Below are positions 62,189 to 64,000 of a DNA stretch of 64,000 nucleotides, one piece after another. The notes beneath the pieces are model-generated. The model did no database searches, had not been told where the DNA came from, and saw only the letters and a list, made by a program, of their open reading frames with translations. Made by a program: the position numbers and the translations under genes. The DNA is taken from the sequence record NC_061440.1; one strand, given 5' to 3'. The stretch's first letter is position 1, and each line of letters begins with the position of its first letter.

Positions 62189-63458
62189 TCACGTATTCAA
62201 CCACGACGAAAAGCTAACGCTCTTGTCGGTGGCTGAGTCTAAATTCCTGGTGCGGCTCGACTGCCCTGATTACTTGAAGAAGTCGAAGCACTCAATTGAG
62301 ATTCGCCACACTGTAACGAACCGCGGCGAGCAACGTCGAAGCGGTGTTGTGAATACAACCTTTGTTCCGCGTATTCATACTGCAACCGTTCAGCGTTTGG
62401 TGCGTGAAGTTCGTGACAATGCTAACGTTAGTTCTGCGAACAGCCTAGCCGCGTTGTTCGAACTTGGTCTGGGTGTGCCTAAGCAAAAGGACATTGCAAC
62501 GTACCTGCGAGACTACTCGCGTGATAACGATAAGAAGGGCGTGGGCATCAAATATATCCGCAAACTGATTAACGAGTATCATCGCAAGCACCGTCATAGT
62601 TTTGCAGGAAGTCGCTGGCTGATGCCTGCTGTGTACACCGCGAACTTGCTGAACATGCAGTCATTCATTCATCTGAAAGAAGACGGCTACAGCAAGAAGG
62701 TCAAAGTGCCTGACGGTCTGCCTGTTGTTCTGATCTACCAGAACACGAACCACGCCGAAGCTGAGTTCTCTTTGTGTGACGCGTTTGCGATTAGCCCACT
62801 GGGTTATCCGATGCCGTTCGCCCAGATTGCTCTGCGTCCTGAGTTCAAGGCTGCACCGAAGACCTTCCGTTCTAAAGCGTTACGCGGCAAAGGTATGTAT
62901 AGCATGGTGATGGGTATCATGCACTGGGAGAACGGCGATGCACTGTCGAACTTCCGTGAACTGATGGCTATCGACGACGAGCCGTATCTGACTCTGCTGG
63001 GCGATGAGCAGTACGCTGACCGTCGCAGCCCTGAATATCAGGCTCTGCTGGACAAACGTGCTGAGTTCCATGAGCAACGCCATGAGCATAACGAAGCGAT
63101 TGCGAAGTATGGCAACACGACCCGTACGCTCAAGCCTAAGCAGGTGGAACGACTCGAACGTGCGGAAGCCTTCTTCAAAGAACGCAAAGCGTTTATGGAC
63201 GAGTTTGATAAGTTCGAGAAGAAAGAGAACCATCACGCTGCGAAGAAATTCGCTGTGGCCCGAGCGCAGTTTGCTGCCGTTGATTGTGGTACCGTTATCG
63301 ACCGTTCAACCTACATGGCGGTTGCTTCCGGCCTTGATACTGTAAACAAGATTCTCACGAAGTGGGGATTTACGACGGTCGACACTGTTAATAGTAGTTT
63401 GAAGAAGTCTATCCTTACATACGACCCAACGACCGCTACTCGCGTCTGGTCTGTGTAA
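62178..63458 (+). CDS. hypothetical basic protein (426 aa)
   Basis: GAGGA RBS; long ORF. Confidence 0.8.
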   Translation: MFYDHVFNHDEKLTLLSVAESKFLVRLDCPDYLKKSKHSIEIRHTVTNRGEQRRSGVVNTTFVPRIHTATVQRLVREVRDNANVSSANSLAALFELGLGVPKQKDIATYLRDYSRDNDKKGVGIKYIRKLINEYHRKHRHSFAGSRWLMPAVYTANLLNMQSFIHLKEDGYSKKVKVPDGLPVVLIYQNTNHAEAEFSLCDAFAISPLGYPMPFAQIALRPEFKAAPKTFRSKALRGKGMYSMVMGIMHWENGDALSNFRELMAIDDEPYLTLLGDEQYADRRSPEYQALLDKRAEFHEQRHEHNEAIAKYGNTTRTLKPKQVERLERAEAFFKERKAFMDEFDKFEKKENHHAAKKFAVARAQFAAVDCGTVIDRSTYMAVASGLDTVNKILTKWGFTTVDTVNSSLKKSILTYDPTTATRVWSV

Positions 63459-63482
63459 ACCACTTATCTGAGGAGATAACGC

Positions 63483-64000
63483 ATGTCATCTAATACTAAT
63501 AATCTGGGCGCTGCTGCAACATTCGGCTCTGAGACTCAAAAGCAATTGAACGACCAACAACGTCGTGCTCATTCTGCTGAGTCGGGCCACGTAAACAAAT
63601 GTACCATCGTTGTACTGACTTCCCTGAATGCCAACAATCGTTTCTCGTACATGTCTGCCGACGAGCAACTGCGTGAACACGATATCGTGGGCAAAGTAAT
63701 GGACCGTCTGCCTGGTTTGATCGAACGTGCGTCTGGCGTTTCTTCTGACCCAAACAGTGCGTACTACATTCTGCATCCGAACAACGGCGTGCCGACCCGC
63801 ATCGACGAGCGCATCAAAATCGGTGAAGCTGATTCTGTCATCGTTTCATATACTGTAAATAAAGCAGTGTCAGAAATGTATGGCAGTTTGTCACTGGCCC
63901 TGTTTAGTGCTGGCGAAGGTGATATCGCAGACCTCGCGGCTGAGTATGGTATTCACTCCATCTCAATCGTTGAAGAGGCGAAAGCGCCTGACTACATCAA
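63483..64000 (+). CDS. hypothetical protein, truncated by the window end
   Basis: Read by hand: MSSNTNNLGAAATFGSETQKQL... open to 64000; GAGG-loop RBS. Confidence 0.8.
   Translation, partial: MSSNTNNLGAAATFGSETQKQLNDQQRRAHSAESGHVNKCTIVVLTSLNANNRFSYMSADEQLREHDIVGKVMDRLPGLIERASGVSSDPNSAYYILHPNNGVPTRIDERIKIGEADSVIVSYTVNKAVSEMYGSLSLALFSAGEGDIADLAAEYGIHSISIVEEAKAPDYI

Noticed and set aside
63853-63861. CTGTAAATA as a promoter
   Set aside because: Lies inside the open 63483..>64000 reading frame (YTVNK); it may be chance, and it shows that single copies of the motif are not proof
1-64000. Nucleus-forming (PhiKZ-like) phage assignment, prophage or IS elements
   Set aside because: No chimallin, PhuZ, multisubunit RNAP, integrase or transposase recognised in this window; absence elsewhere in the genome cannot be judged

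Overview
This is a 64-kb segment of a large (jumbo-type) dsDNA phage genome, not a bacterial chromosome. Genes are dense and almost all on the + strand; only the primase and one small ORF behind it are on the minus strand. A near-complete YbiI homolog points to an Enterobacterales host. The gene set (RuvC-like, stand-alone DnaG-type primase, Cas4-like nuclease, sigma-like factor, gp32-like SSB, RecA, UvsE, dUTPase) resembles, from memory and without a database search, the Erwinia/Dickeya jumbo myoviruses of the Y3/JA11 type. Bases 1-17.9 kb hold replication, recombination and transcription genes, an Ig-like repeat structural protein, an Acb1-like 2H phosphodiesterase and a RecA interrupted by a 344-aa intein with a decayed endonuclease region. 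Bases 18-64 kb are an accessory region of mostly unknown small genes. Recognisable ones are AcrVA2-like, NADAR-like, GNAT, RHH, KptA/Tpt1, radical SAM, YbiI/TraR, UvsE, dUTPase, lytic transglycosylase and HD hydrolase. The most striking unexplained structure is regulatory. (i) Ten promoters share an upstream WGG-NNRAAAT box a fixed 24-26 nt before an extended -10. (ii) At least 11 ribosome-binding sites sit as a GAGG tetraloop on a perfect stem. (iii) A CTGTAAAYA motif similar to the T4 late promoter occurs upstream of genes, alongside a sigma factor that appears to lack region 4. (iv) Leader and terminator cassettes are duplicated. Several private paralogous protein modules also recur, including a Rho-N-like helical module in about six genes. 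No tRNA, rRNA, CRISPR array or transposase was found. All family assignments are by-eye motif recognition, and start codons were adjusted by eye where an RBS supported it.
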